Positions 38,407 to 48,400 of a DNA stretch of 64,000 nt are shown here, in pieces. The translations under genes were made by a program, and so were the position numbers. How positions within the stretch are numbered: the first letter of the stretch is position 1; every line of letters starts with the position of its first letter. Under the pieces are notes generated by a model, which had not been told where the DNA came from, searched no databases, and worked only from the letters and a program-made list of their open reading frames with translations. Source of the DNA: Bacilli bacterium (GTDB taxonomy: Bacteria > Bacillota_I > Bacilli_A > RFN20 > CAG-826); contig JAGBLL010000059.1 in NCBI GenBank assembly GCA_017635465.1, positions 16,012-80,011 on the forward strand. The letters run 5' to 3'.

Positions 38407-40425
38407 TTATTTACCTCCCTTTGCTTTATCAGCGGATTTCTTCTCGAGACTCGCTCTCGCTTCTTTCATGATGTCTTCTTCGTGTTGAGCGTGTTCGAGT
38501 TCAGTGTGCTTTTTAATCTGTTCTCCTGCTTCAACTGGATTGATAACATTAGAGAAATCTTCTTTATCGTCAATAACTTGTTTACCAGCTTTTATTCTAG
38601 CTTTATTAGCCGCTAAAGAAGCTTCGATACGAGTTTTAACGATGGCTGGCATTTCTACTTTTGGCGCTCTTGGATCTAATAACCAAGTAGCGGCGTAGTG
38701 AGTATCAGAAACCTTGAAGTATGGAGGTTCTTTCTTGAAGTCAATCTTCATCGCATACTTACTACGTAAAGCGAAGGCATCGCCCTTTGGAGGATAGATA
38801 AGGTTTGGTGGAGTACCTGGAATGGCTTCCAATCTTTCTTTACTATCAATGTCAGGGATAGATGATAATAACGCCCATGTGTAAGGATGTTTTGGATCAT
38901 AGAAGATTTCTTCTTCTTTACCATATTCAACAATCTTACCAGCATACATAATAGCAACACGATCCGCCATATTGGCCACAACACCTAAGTCGTGGGTAAT
39001 GAAGATACATGTCATATTTCTTTCAGCTTTTAAACGATTAATTAATTCAAGGATTTGTGCTTGAATGGTCACGTCTAAAGCGGTTGTTGGTTCGTCACAG
39101 ATTAGGATGTCTGGGTCGGCAGTTAAGGCAATAGCGATAACGATACGTTGTCTCATACCACCAGAGAATTCAAATGGATATTGTTTGAATCTCTTTTCTG
39201 GGAATGGGATACCGACTTCTTCCATAATCTTTAAAGCTTTGGCCTTGGCTTCAGCTTTAGTAACTTTAATCTTTGCTTGATAATCAGTTTTAGCTTTAAC
39301 GATGGCTTGTTTAGCTTCTTTAATCTTTGGATTATATTCTTTATGTAATTCATCAATTTTGGCTTTCTTAGCACCATCATCTAAAGAAGTATCAGCGTTA
39401 ATAACACTAGTCTTTTGTGCTAGTTCATCTTGAATAGCTTTTAAATCAGCATTAGCTTTAGCGGAAGCTTCAGCGTATTCAGCATCATATTGCTTTTTAA
39501 CTTCAGCAACTTTAGCGTCAGCTTCTTTTTTCTTTTCTAAATATTTAGCTTTTGTTTCAGCAATTAATGGCTTATATTTTGCCGTTAATTCTTGACGGTT
39601 TGTAGCGTTACTTGTTTTTGCTTCAGTAATGCGACGATCAAAATCTGCTTTAACTTTAGCTAAAGATTGTTGATTAGAAGAATGATTGGCTTTGGCTTCA
39701 GAAATGATTTTAGCTTTTTCAGCGTTATATCTTTCTTTAGCAGCGTTTAATTCATCAAGCATTTGTTTATTTACGTCTTGAGGAATAGCGTCATCTTGCT
39801 TAGCTAATTCTTTGTATTTGTGTTTAATGGTAACTTTTTCTAGACCATAGTCTTGTTTTAAGGCATAGAGTCTACCACTGGATTCATTTTTTGCGACGTT
39901 TTTAATACGTTCGATTTCTTTTTTCTTTTCGCTCTTTAAGAATTTAACAGCTTCTTTACCTTTGTTAAGTTCACTGTTATAAGCGGTAATCGCATTCTTA
40001 TAAGCGACGAATTCGCTAGCGATAAGTTCATCTCTCATCTTTTTGAGATGGTTACCATTTAATAACATAGCTTCGGTAATTTGTTTACCGATACGCATGA
40101 TTGGGTTTAATGATGATAATGGGTCTTGGAAGATCATGCCAATCTTACGGCCTCTGATACGATGGAATTCATCTTCAGAAACCTTGGTTAAATCTTCACC
40201 TTCATACATGATAGAACCATCAACGATACGGCCGTTCGCCGCTAAAATGCCCATGATAGTTTTACTTGTAACGGATTTGCCTGAGCCTGATTCACCAACG
40301 ATACACAATGTTTCACCTTTATATAAGTCAAAGGAGACGCCTCTAACGGCTTGAACATAACCGTGGTCAGTGGAGAAGTTAACACGTAAATCTTTTACAG
40401 ATAATACGATTTCTTTATTTTCCAT
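38407..40425 (-). CDS. oppD: Oligopeptide ABC transporter ATP-binding protein OppD with ~260-aa Lys/Ala/Glu-rich insertion and C-terminal extension
   Basis: 672 aa. Walker A GESGSGKSV, MIFQDP, signature FSGGMRQRIVIAIAL, Walker B LICDEPTTALD and ITHDL. Residues about 126-388 are low-complexity helical sequence (..KAKYLEKKKEADAKVAEVKKQYDAEYAEASAKANADLKAIQDELAQK..). Confidence 0.9.
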   Translation of the reverse strand: MENKEIVLSVKDLRVNFSTDHGYVQAVRGVSFDLYKGETLCIVGESGSGKSVTSKTIMGILAANGRIVDGSIMYEGEDLTKVSEDEFHRIRGRKIGMIFQDPLSSLNPIMRIGKQITEAMLLNGNHLKKMRDELIASEFVAYKNAITAYNSELNKGKEAVKFLKSEKKKEIERIKNVAKNESSGRLYALKQDYGLEKVTIKHKYKELAKQDDAIPQDVNKQMLDELNAAKERYNAEKAKIISEAKANHSSNQQSLAKVKADFDRRITEAKTSNATNRQELTAKYKPLIAETKAKYLEKKKEADAKVAEVKKQYDAEYAEASAKANADLKAIQDELAQKTSVINADTSLDDGAKKAKIDELHKEYNPKIKEAKQAIVKAKTDYQAKIKVTKAEAKAKALKIMEEVGIPFPEKRFKQYPFEFSGGMRQRIVIAIALTADPDILICDEPTTALDVTIQAQILELINRLKAERNMTCIFITHDLGVVANMADRVAIMYAGKIVEYGKEEEIFYDPKHPYTWALLSSIPDIDSKERLEAIPGTPPNLIYPPKGDAFALRSKYAMKIDFKKEPPYFKVSDTHYAATWLLDPRAPKVEMPAIVKTRIEASLAANKARIKAGKQVIDDKEDFSNVINPVEAGEQIKKHTELEHAQHEEDIMKEARASLEKKSADKAKGGK
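39262..40050 (-). other. Coiled-coil-like insertion within the OppD nucleotide-binding domain
   Basis: Lies between the ITEAMLLNGN block and KALKIMEEVGIP, a position where canonical OppD has only a short helix. Boundaries are approximate. Confidence 0.6.
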
Positions 40426-40426
40426 A

Positions 40427-42565
40427 TTAGTCTTCTCCTTTCAAGCTTGGGTTAATCGCATCTCTTAAACCATTACCAAACAAGTTGAATGAGATCATGA
40501 TTAAAGCGATAACGACTGATGGGAATATGAGTAGGTATGGGTTGGTTAATAATTCTTTTTGGTTATCGGAAAGGATAACACCTAAGGAAGACATATTTTG
40601 TAAGCCTAAACCTAAATAGGAAATTGTCGCTTCTGAGAAGATAACACTTGGAATCATTAACACCGCACCGGTAATAATTGTACCTAAGGCGTTTGGTAAG
40701 ATGTGTTTAGTAATTAATCTAGCATCGGATGCACCTAATGTACGCGAGGCTAAAACATATTCACGTCCTCTAAATCTATAGAACTGTGTTCTTGTTCTAG
40801 CGGCGGTACCAATCCAACCAGTAAGACATAACGCTAAAGCAAATGTCCAGAATGTACTCTTGAAGTGAAGGATGATTAAAGTCATCACAACAATCCATGG
40901 AATACCAGAAAGAATATCAGTAAATCTTTCCATCACTAAGTCGACTGTGCCACCGAAGTAACCACAGATGGAACCCCAGAGTAAGCCGAATGTGAAACAG
41001 ACAGCGAATGTGAGGAAGCCGAGTAACAATGATGTTCTTAAACCTTCAAAGACATATTTGAACATATCTTTACCGGATTTATCTGTACCCATGAGATATG
41101 ATGGGACGCTTGTATAACCCATGTATTTATAGTTAATGACGGTCATCTTAACGCCGAGTGTACCTGGAACGTCATAACCATAGAAGTCATCAATTGTGAG
41201 TGGCTTAGCAAGTGGGCAGTTAACTGGATCTAAGATTTCACATGTAAAGTTAAATTCATCAATCCAATAGCCCATGTCATCTTTCCAAATGGTATCCCAA
41301 CCCTCTTTATCTTTGAAAGAGACCCAGCCTTTTTCTTGATATGTTAATAAGTCACTAACGTATTCACCATCAATAACTCTTAAACCGAAAACAGCTTCAT
41401 ATGTGTCATAAACGAATGAGCAGAAGTGAGCTTTGGATAGGTAGATTCTTCTAACACCAGTACTGCTCCAATATTCAAAACCATCGTTAATGGATTTAGC
41501 AACAGCATTTGTCGCATCAGTGAATGACATATTGTCGAAGATGGCTTGAGTTGTTTCGTTTGTGGAACCAGTTTCAAAAGTGATGCTTCTAATTAATGCG
41601 CAGACGTTATTGCCGTTATGTTTGGCAATCATTCTGACAGCGAAGCGTGCATCTTCAAATGTGGTTTTGCCTGTTTCATCTTTAATGATTTTAGCGATAT
41701 CGAGTTTGTCTTCTTTTAATGAAGCAACACTACTACCGATATTATGCTTAACAGCGTAATCCACTAATTTGACTTCTTTTTCTTCTTTTTCATTTGTTTC
41801 GGTGTTGAGTTCAGAATAGATGAAGTAGAAAGCAGATTCACCAATCTCATAGTTATCAGGAGCGGTTAAGTCTTTCTTTTCTTCCATCAAATTGATCTTT
41901 TCTACATCGTATGTATCAAATGATGTGAGATATAAGTTCTCATTTAAGTCTAAAGAAGCGATGGCTTTAGAAGAGAATTCAACATTGTCACCTTTTTCAC
42001 GGTCTTCATAGTAACCGAATTGGACATAGCCTTCTTTACCGAAAGAACCGAGTGTAGAAATATCATTGCTGTATTTTTCTTCGGTGAATTTCTTTTTGCT
42101 GATAGCGCTTCTTTGTGGGAATTTGTCACTTGATGGCCACCAGTATTCTTGTTTTTCTTCTTCTGTTTTGGCATCTGGTTTACCACTGATATCAACAGCG
42201 ATGTTGGTGTATTTTGTGGTGCCATCCCAGAAGCCTGTTCCCGCTTTAAATAATTTTGGAGCGAGGAATGTTTCGTGTGGCTTTGGATGTTTGGTATCGC
42301 TCTTATTGAAAGCAGGTACCGCAAATGAAAGAATCAATAATGCGCCTAAGATATAAGCGGCCACAACGGAAGATTTATTTTTACTAAATCTCTTAAGTGA
42401 GTCTTTCAAGAATGTTGTTGGTTTTGTTTGGAACTTCTGTTCGTGAACTGTGGAATCCACTTGTGTTAACACAAAGTCGTCTTTAGTGATTGGTTCATCA
42501 TCGACCACTTCATTAGCATTATTAGAGGATTCGTCTAATAGTTCGAAATCTTTTTCTTCTAACAT
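40427..42565 (-). CDS. oppC: Oligopeptide ABC permease OppC with ~420-aa extracytoplasmic insertion after TM1
   Basis: ORF track 40427..42622. Start moved to ATG 42563-42565 (MLEEKDFELL..), 1 nt after the oppB stop. TM1 is VVAAYILGALLILSFAVPAF. A long soluble region follows, then a permease core with EAA-type loop LASRTLGASDARLITKHILPN. Confidence 0.85.
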   Translation of the reverse strand: MLEEKDFELLDESSNNANEVVDDEPITKDDFVLTQVDSTVHEQKFQTKPTTFLKDSLKRFSKNKSSVVAAYILGALLILSFAVPAFNKSDTKHPKPHETFLAPKLFKAGTGFWDGTTKYTNIAVDISGKPDAKTEEEKQEYWWPSSDKFPQRSAISKKKFTEEKYSNDISTLGSFGKEGYVQFGYYEDREKGDNVEFSSKAIASLDLNENLYLTSFDTYDVEKINLMEEKKDLTAPDNYEIGESAFYFIYSELNTETNEKEEKEVKLVDYAVKHNIGSSVASLKEDKLDIAKIIKDETGKTTFEDARFAVRMIAKHNGNNVCALIRSITFETGSTNETTQAIFDNMSFTDATNAVAKSINDGFEYWSSTGVRRIYLSKAHFCSFVYDTYEAVFGLRVIDGEYVSDLLTYQEKGWVSFKDKEGWDTIWKDDMGYWIDEFNFTCEILDPVNCPLAKPLTIDDFYGYDVPGTLGVKMTVINYKYMGYTSVPSYLMGTDKSGKDMFKYVFEGLRTSLLLGFLTFAVCFTFGLLWGSICGYFGGTVDLVMERFTDILSGIPWIVVMTLIILHFKSTFWTFALALCLTGWIGTAARTRTQFYRFRGREYVLASRTLGASDARLITKHILPNALGTIITGAVLMIPSVIFSEATISYLGLGLQNMSSLGVILSDNQKELLTNPYLLIFPSVVIALIMISFNLFGNGLRDAINPSLKGED

Positions 42566-42566
42566 A

Positions 42567-43628
42567 TTATTTCTTTTCCCCCATTCTGATTCTTGGATCG
42601 ATGAATCCATATGATAAGTCAAGGATGATACCGGCTAATAAACCAACTGTAGTGAAGATAGCCATATCAACCATTAAGACATTGTAGTCTTTCGCGTTTA
42701 ACGCTTGGATGTATAAATTACCAATACCTGGAATGCCATATAAGCTTTCTAAGATCATTGAGCCACCAAAGATACCGATAAATTCCGCTAAGATGGATGG
42801 CAAGATTGGGACGAATGCGTTTCTTAATGCGTGTCTCACGATGGCTTGGTTTTTGGTTAAGCCTTTTGTTCTTGCTAATAATAAATATTCACTAGACATA
42901 ACTTCGCAAAGTTCAGCTCTGACGAATCTGGTGTAACCGCAGATAGAACCAAATGACAAAGACATGACTGGAATAATAAAGGCAAGAATCTTTGTTTTAA
43001 GTGATTGGTCAGGTGTTGGCCACATTGTTGGTAGCCAGCCACTCTTGAATGCTAATAAGTAGATGAGGAAGGAAATAACAACGAATGATGGGATAGAGAT
43101 AAAGACCATGACTAATGTGGAGATTGTATGGTCAACCCATGTATTTTTCTTTAAGCCTGCTAAGATACCTAAGGCAATACCTAATGGCACGGAAATAACA
43201 ACGGAAACAATATTAACAGACATGGAAGCTGGTAAACGTTGAAGGATGATTAACATCGCAGAAGCGTTTGGTTCGATAACTGTGGATGTACCCCAGTCCC
43301 ATCTAGTAACAATATTGCCTAACCATGAGAAATATTGCTCAACGATTGGCTTAGTGTAGAAATAATAATAATCGGTACCGATTTTAACTTGGTCTAGAGG
43401 CGTGACTTCTGGAATGAATCCAGTCGTCTCAACTTCCACTGCCGGCTTAGTGAAATAAGTGACATAACCCAAATCGTACTGATTCATGTAGAAAGCCCAT
43501 CTAACGTTTTCATCTGGAGAAATAACTCTTGTTTGAGGCAAGGATTTCACCAAGAAGAATGTCAACGTTAAGATAATAAACGCTGTTATAAGCGCTAAGA
43601 TTACTCTTTTTAATGAATACTTTAACAT
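42567..43628 (-). CDS. oppB: Oligopeptide ABC permease OppB
   Basis: 353 aa. MLKYSLKRVILALITAF start and EAA loop LLARTKGLTKNQAIVRHALRNA. AAGGAG is the SD. Confidence 0.9.
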   Translation of the reverse strand: MLKYSLKRVILALITAFIILTLTFFLVKSLPQTRVISPDENVRWAFYMNQYDLGYVTYFTKPAVEVETTGFIPEVTPLDQVKIGTDYYYFYTKPIVEQYFSWLGNIVTRWDWGTSTVIEPNASAMLIILQRLPASMSVNIVSVVISVPLGIALGILAGLKKNTWVDHTISTLVMVFISIPSFVVISFLIYLLAFKSGWLPTMWPTPDQSLKTKILAFIIPVMSLSFGSICGYTRFVRAELCEVMSSEYLLLARTKGLTKNQAIVRHALRNAFVPILPSILAEFIGIFGGSMILESLYGIPGIGNLYIQALNAKDYNVLMVDMAIFTTVGLLAGIILDLSYGFIDPRIRMGEKK

Positions 43629-43670
43629 TGCTTTCTCCTTTCCCGCATTTGACTATATAAATGCTGTTAA

Positions 43671-43699
43671 ACTATACCACAATACGGACCATTCTTCAA
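43671..43699 (-). promoter_or_regulatory. Internal promoter for oppBCDF-esterase
   Basis: Minus strand reads TTGAAG (43694-43699) - 17 nt (the last 3 nt are TGG, giving an extended -10 TGn) - TATAGT (43671-43676). The AAGGAG SD and ATG (43628) lie about 35 nt downstream. Confidence 0.55.
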
Positions 43700-43706
43700 G
43701 AATGGT
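43688..43706. promoter_or_regulatory. Perfect 19-bp palindrome overlapping the -35 of the oppB promoter (operator candidate)
   Basis: ACCATTCTT-C-AAGAATGGT: 9-bp arms with a single central base. Confidence 0.45.
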
Positions 43707-43772
43707 ATTGTTTAAAAGGCCCTGAGGGCTAAATTTTCTAACAATACTAATAAAATATCTTGATTATTTCAA

Positions 43773-43802
43773 GAAAAAAAGCGACGCTTTGGCAGCATCG
43801 CT
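43773..43802 (-). terminator. Strong rho-independent terminator between the 524-aa lipoprotein gene and oppB
   Basis: Minus-strand RNA has AGCGAUGCU-GCCAA-AGCGUCGCU (9 bp with one G-U) followed by UUUUUUU. An A-run on the other side makes it potentially bidirectional. Confidence 0.8.
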
Positions 43803-43829
43803 TGTTTTTTTGGTTGATTCGTCAACTAA

Positions 43830-45404
43830 TTAGACGGCGAATAAGTAGTCAACTAAAGTGTATTCACTCTTATCTGGAAGTGTGATGTAAGTATCTCTAT
43901 TTTCATCAGTAATTCTTTCATAAGTGTGATCAATGAAGTATGTTTTTTGATACACGTCTCCACCGAATTCATAGTTTTGAACGAGTTCAATACTGAAGTT
44001 AACTAATTTACCATCTCTAATGGTGTACATCATTTTTTGAGTGGCTGGCATTGGTGTGCCAAATGGAATACCACTGTTAGATTCATCATCTTGATCAGCT
44101 TTTTCATCGTTGAAGATGATTGTTGCGTCAAGGAAGAAATCTTTTTCTGATGGATTGCCTTGTTCGTCTAAAAGCATACCGGCTTGGTTTCTTTCGACGT
44201 TAGAGTAATTGGCAGTAATTAATTCTAATGAATCGGCTGTGATGCGAGCGTCTTCAAGGCTATCTGTGAAGATATCTCTACCAATAGTGAACATGTTATC
44301 AAGAATGTCGAGTAATGGCGCCACTCTGTTATTCACTGTTGGATCTTCTGGCATGTAGTCAACCGTGGAAACTGGGAAGTAGTTTTTCACATCACCTTTT
44401 GTATGATAAACATAAGTATCATAGTATTGGTTTGTGTTGAAAATCCATTCCATATCGACGAATGACATAGCGCCGTCTTCGGTTTTTGTATCACCATCAG
44501 TTTCAATGATACGGAAGTAAGCTTCGTCTTCACTGACAACCATTGTTTCATCCCAAACATGGTAGAGTTGACGTTTGCCATTTTTATAAGTAGCCATTTC
44601 ACGTAATTCGTGATCGACGATTTCGGTTAATCCAGAATCATCGATTTCGCCAACCTTATTTGCAAGAGTATTGATTTGATCTTGGTCATTTCTAACTGGT
44701 TCAACCTTGTAATCATTTGTTGTCTTACCATAAGCAGGATCACCTTCGACAGCGGCATCAATTTCTGCTTGTGTATAGTAGACACCTGGAGTTTCAGGAA
44801 CAAGACCATTATAGACATCAACAACAACGTTTCTCTTCACATCTGGGTGAGCTTTATCACTCACTTCGATGACAGTTTGGCCAGCCTTTAAACCCTTAAC
44901 GTTACCGTTAGCGTCAACACTTGCCACTGTTTCATCGAGTGATTTGAATGATAAATTATCCGCTGGTTGAAGAAGTCTAGCGAGACCTCTGATTTGTTTT
45001 GTGCTGTATTGGCTATTGTTGCCATTGTCGACTACAAGAGCTAAGTTTCTGTAGTTCAAAAGTAAGTAATCAGAATAGTCTTTATCAGCTGGATAGCTTT
45101 CTTCTGCTTCAACATCAGGAATGATGATGTCAGTAGTCACTGGCTCTGGAGTTGAGCTAGAAGAAGGTGCTTGTGAGCTCGATGGAGCTTGTGAACTTGA
45201 TGGAGTTTGAGAGCTGGATGATGGAGCTGCTGAACTTGATGGAGCTTGTGAACTTGGAGCAGCAGAGCTTGGTTCAGAAGATGGAACAACTGAACTAACT
45301 GGTGCTGGTTCAGAAGAAGGTTCAGCAGATGATGTTTTTGTGTGGCAAGCGGCTAAGCTTGCGACAGCCGCAATAGAAAGGAGTAAAAGTACTTTCTTTT
45401 TCAT
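43830..45404 (-). CDS. Lipoprotein with Ser/Pro/Ala linker, Big_2-like Ig domain and ~330-aa unknown C-terminal domain
   Basis: 524 aa. MKKKVLLLLSIAAVASLAAC lipobox, then a linker of about 70 aa (SSEPSSAAPSSQAPSSS..). SLDETVASVDANGNVKGLKAGQTVIEVSD resembles bacterial Ig-like group 2. GGAGG is the SD. Confidence 0.75.
   Translation of the reverse strand: MKKKVLLLLSIAAVASLAACHTKTSSAEPSSEPAPVSSVVPSSEPSSAAPSSQAPSSSAAPSSSSQTPSSSQAPSSSQAPSSSSTPEPVTTDIIIPDVEAEESYPADKDYSDYLLLNYRNLALVVDNGNNSQYSTKQIRGLARLLQPADNLSFKSLDETVASVDANGNVKGLKAGQTVIEVSDKAHPDVKRNVVVDVYNGLVPETPGVYYTQAEIDAAVEGDPAYGKTTNDYKVEPVRNDQDQINTLANKVGEIDDSGLTEIVDHELREMATYKNGKRQLYHVWDETMVVSEDEAYFRIIETDGDTKTEDGAMSFVDMEWIFNTNQYYDTYVYHTKGDVKNYFPVSTVDYMPEDPTVNNRVAPLLDILDNMFTIGRDIFTDSLEDARITADSLELITANYSNVERNQAGMLLDEQGNPSEKDFFLDATIIFNDEKADQDDESNSGIPFGTPMPATQKMMYTIRDGKLVNFSIELVQNYEFGGDVYQKTYFIDHTYERITDENRDTYITLPDKSEYTLVDYLFAV
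45165..45290 (-). repeat. Short direct repeats encoding the Ser/Pro/Ala linker
   Basis: The 19-mer gatggagcttgtgaacttg occurs at 45181-45199 and 45238-45256, within a run of related 15-21-nt units. Confidence 0.6.
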
Positions 45405-45417
45405 CTTAGTCTACCTC

Positions 45418-48400
45418 CTAGTTATCAATCCAAGCATCTTTGTTCTTCGCGGAAGTAACAAAGTTTTCTGATGGAGCACCCCAATCGCCTGTAGCACCGT
45501 CTTTAATACTTAAGTTGTAATAAACTTCAATATTCCAGTACTTGCCATAGTTATCGACTTTGAATGGATCTCTAATCCAATCGGTTTCTGGTTTCTTTTC
45601 ATCCATCAATTTGAAGACTCTGATAATTTCGTCTCTAATTTCATTAGCGACTTGTTTGCTCATCACAATCTTGTAACCATATGTGGCATCTGGGACGAAT
45701 TCGAGGTCATAGTTACCACTACCGAAGACGTAGATGGAAATACGTGTAACATCAAATTTCACTGTATTGTTAACATCTTTGAAGAAGTCTGTTGTGACGT
45801 AGAATGTCGCACCATCATTGAAATCATTTTGAGTATAGGTCATGTATGATTTCTTAACGGATTTGATGTTTTGACCATTGTCAACAACACCGCCGTGGTC
45901 AGCAACAGCCCATAAGGCATCGAATGACCAAATCTTGTCATCATAGACTAATGGTTTCTTTGTGTTAACTTTAGAAGTATCACTGCCCCAGTTAAGTGTG
46001 AAGCCAGAGGAGTTATCACTCTTTAAGACTTCTAAGAAGTTTAATGGGTTATATGTATTACCACTAATAGCACCAAAGCCTAAGTCGAATTGACCTTTCA
46101 TAAGGTATTCGTTATAAACTTGTTGCCAGTCAGTAACTGCATCTTGTTCAACTTCAAGTTTAACTGTACCATTACAAACTCTATCATCGTTGAATGCGCT
46201 TTCGAAGTAACCTTTGATTTCTTCGCCGTATTCTTTGACGTCAGTTTGATACATCCACTTAATGTGAATTGTAATAACTGTTGGTTTGGATTTGGTACCT
46301 TTAACGAGTTTGCCTTCTTTAACTAATTCTTTAACAGCGTTAGAGAAGCATAAGATTGCTTTATCTTTGGAGTAACCGAATAATGAATTACCTTCACTAT
46401 CTTTAACTTCATAAGCGTGGACAGCGGCCTTATGGGCATCACTATCGTTATATGATTTACCATTTTCTGGATCATTTAAGTATGAATCAGCGAAATAGTT
46501 AATGGATGGATTAACACCACGGTTACCAGCGAATGTCTTTCTATCGATGGAGTAGAATAAACCGTTTAAGAAGTTATCGTTACTCATCCATGGTTTGACA
46601 TCCCAGTTGGAGTTCTTATTGATCTTACCGTTAGGACCAAATAATTCATCCCACATTTCTTGTGTACAAGAGTTGACGTTTAATTTGAATGTGGAGTCAC
46701 CTCTGGTCTTATAAACACGTGGTTTACCTGTTTCTTCAGAAATGTGTTTTGTTGGAATACCACAGCTATCAAGCATACCAGCGTTAAATTGTTTATAAAT
46801 GGCATCAGCGTCGCTAGAAGCATCGATGACGATTAATTTAACACCAGCAATTTTATATCTGCCTGGTTCGTTCCAATTGTCGTTCTTTTTGAAGACGATT
46901 GTTTTGTTCTTTTGCCATTCTTCTAACATGTATGGGCCAACAGATAATGTGTAGTCAACAATTTTGTCTCTGTGAGCTGCGGAAACAGCAGTGTTGTTGT
47001 TGAATGTACCATATCTTTGGGCACCATCTTTTAAGGAACCTTCACCAATGGTTCTGATGAAATCTTCACTCATTGGGGAGAGTAAGTTAGAAGAGAATGT
47101 GTACATCGCGGTGAATCTATCGATAGCGTTTAAGATTGTTAATTCGATGTAGTCACCGTTTGTGTTATCATGACCAGTTTTGACACCTAAGCTGCCTTCA
47201 CTTGTCATCTTATTCCATAAGTTCTTTGCATCTTCATCAGATAATTCTTTAGATCTGGTGTTGAATGAAAGAGCACCTTTGATACCGTATGTTTGGTCAG
47301 CGGCCATTTCGGTACCACGTTTTAAGTTGTGGGAACCTGTGAGGAGTAAACGATAAGCGAATTCATAGTCATCAATTGTGACAGGAACATTATCGAAATC
47401 TTTACCCCATGATGTGCCGTTATAGCGATATTTGATACCACCATCGGCACCAGTCTTAACATAGATTCTCCATGTTTTGTATAAACCTAATGGGTTTGGA
47501 TTTTCACCTGGTTTGACTTCATTGCCATTGAAAACTGGAATTGGTCTGGTGAAATCTTGAGAAACACCATTATATGTGACTTTATCTTTAGCGAGAACTG
47601 GATACCAGACGTATTGGTCTTTAGTAGCGTTCATCTTTGTGCCCCAGAAGGAAGCAGTAATGTAACCTTCTAAGTCAGAAACTTGGCTACCTGTATCGTT
47701 TCTAGCATTGATGGTCTTTGGATCGCTTGAAGAAGCGCTGTGGAGGTATCTTTTGTAATTTGGATTTTCTTCAGTAGCTAAATCCGCATCAACTGTACCT
47801 TCACTTAATAAACCAAAGCCATAACCAGTAATGTAGTTAGTGGTTGGTAAAGTAACACGTTCACTATATTTAACGAAACCACCATTTTCGAAAAGGGTGA
47901 TACCTGTTAAATGGTTATCCATGGCGTATTTTTCTAATTGGCCAAGGATTTCTGTTCTCTTTGTAACAGCTTCAGCACCCGCTAAAGAAGCGTAGTTATA
48001 ACCGCCAGAAGCTAAGACAGCATCGGTAATGGTTAAATCTAAGTATCTTTGGAGTCTGGAAGTGGATTCTCTAACAGTAATTCTCACAGAACCTTTGCTA
48101 ACAGCGGTTACAACACCGTTTTCAACGGTAGCAACGGCTGGAGCATTGGAGATGTAAGAATAAACTCTAGCGGTTCCATTATTGTTTTGTTCAGTAATTT
48201 CAATGACGTCTGTTTGACCTTTGTTAAGGGAAACAGCACCGCTTTGTAAAGCAACACTGAAACTGAATTGAGCAGATGGAGTAGAGGATGTTGTTGGAGT
48301 CGCACTGCTTTGGCCACCAGGTTGGCTAGAAGCTGAAGTTTGTGAGCTGGTTGGTGGAACACTTGCGCCACCATCACTAGATGGTCCAGGAACAAGGGAA

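Noticed and set aside
43732-43746. AATTTTCTAACAATA upstream of oppB, resembling the CodY box AATTTTCWGAAAATT (12 of 15)
   Set aside because: Three mismatches disrupt the palindromic right half. Such A/T-rich 15-mers are expected by chance in this DNA. The presence of codY in the genome is unknown.
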